16,462 bases of DNA, taken from contig CAJWLU010000044.1 in NCBI GenBank assembly GCA_913043225.1, positions 1 to 16,462 of the forward strand, in the 5' to 3' direction. The translations under genes and the position numbers were made by a program. Source of the DNA: an uncultured Acidobacteriota bacterium. GTDB lineage: Bacteria; Acidobacteriota; Vicinamibacteria; Vicinamibacterales; UBA8438. This document shows, piece by piece, positions 15,929 through 16,462 of this stretch. The notes under the pieces were generated by a model. It had not been told where the DNA came from and did no database searches. It saw only the letters and a list, made by a program, of their open reading frames with translations. The stretch's first letter is position 1, and each line of letters opens with the position of its first letter.

Positions 15929-16146
15929 TCGAGATCCTCCATGAAAGGGCGAGAGGCTGTCGAGTTTAGCAGCCGGCAGGCGCCTGCATAACTAGAAGAG
16001 TATCGAGTCCCGGGGTCGCGAAGGAATGACGGGGAGAGGTGCCGCAAACGAGTCTATGGGGATGCAACGGAGTTCTTAGATAGAGCCGGTGTTCTGTCAC
16101 ACTAGAACCAGGCCCGTAATACATCGTCACGAGTGGAGAGATCTGC

Positions 16147-16462
16147 ATGACGCGCTACCTCCGGTTGGTAGCCATATCGACGTGCTGCATGAGGTTTTTC
16201 GCGTTCGGGGGACTCTCTGCGCATGGCGAACATCAACTATTTGCCCTTGGCGACTTCGGTCTCGAGAGTGGGGTCACGCTGCCCGATGCACAGCTGGCCT
16301 ATGTCACTCACGGCACGCTGAACGCCGAGCGGTCGAATGCGGTGTTCGTCCCGTCTTGGTACAGCGGGGATCACCACGGGTATGACACCCTGATCGGCCC
16401 TGGACTGGCCCTCGATCCGGCCGAGTATTTCATTATCGCCACGGATCAATTTGCCGACGGGT
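16147..16462 (+). CDS. 3'-truncated alpha/beta hydrolase of the homoserine O-acetyltransferase (MetX)-like family
   Basis: Not in the ORF track because no stop falls in the window. GGAG at 16135-16138, ATG 16147. Translates MTRYLRLVAISTCCMRFFAFGGLSAHGEHQLFALGDFGLESGVTLPDAQLAYVTHGTLNAERSNAVFVPSWYSGDHHGYDTLIGPGLALDPAEYFIIATDQFADG; LESG-x-TL, LAY-x-T-x-G-x-LN and IGPG-x-ALD are MetX-family N-terminal motifs. Confidence 0.82.
   Translation, partial: MTRYLRLVAISTCCMRFFAFGGLSAHGEHQLFALGDFGLESGVTLPDAQLAYVTHGTLNAERSNAVFVPSWYSGDHHGYDTLIGPGLALDPAEYFIIATDQFADG

Noticed and set aside
15976..15987. 12-bp palindrome GCAGGCGCCTGC as an operator
   Set aside because: It is a single GC-rich palindrome that could arise by chance, and no regulator is nearby.
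16040..16092. GCAAAC...GGGATGCAA resembling a c-di-GMP-I riboswitch
   Set aside because: There is no GNRA-capped P2 stem between the motifs and no convincing P1 or P3; a cmscan run would settle it.

Overview
GC-rich bacterial window with 13 supportable CDSs, two of them cut by the window edges. The gene families and codon style suggest Acidobacteriota subdivision 6 (Vicinamibacteria); this is inference. Left to right: a 5'-truncated His/Cys-rich beta-propeller-like protein (+); a 210-bp convergent spacer filled with hairpins, heptad inverted repeats and a GTAG-type REP palindrome; a translationally coupled ankyrin / di-heme DUF1592 / DUF1552 operon (-); a divergent pair of signal-peptide-bearing HpcH/HpaI aldolase and degenerate-M14 + GH105/GH88 fusion (+); a conserved hypothetical protein coupled to an atypical PQQ dehydrogenase (-); a tandem-domain CMD lipoprotein (+); a Sel1-repeat protein (-); an exported MBL-fold hydrolase (+); a 125-aa hypothetical (-); and a 3'-truncated MetX-like hydrolase (+) missing from the ORF track. 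No rRNA, tRNA, CRISPR array, transposase or integrase was seen. The main themes are export signals on normally cytoplasmic enzyme families, a possible periplasmic oxidative route for unsaturated uronates (GH105 + PQQ dehydrogenase + GarL-like aldolase; speculative), and a composite repeat element at 1537-1743. All family calls come from motif recognition, not database searches.
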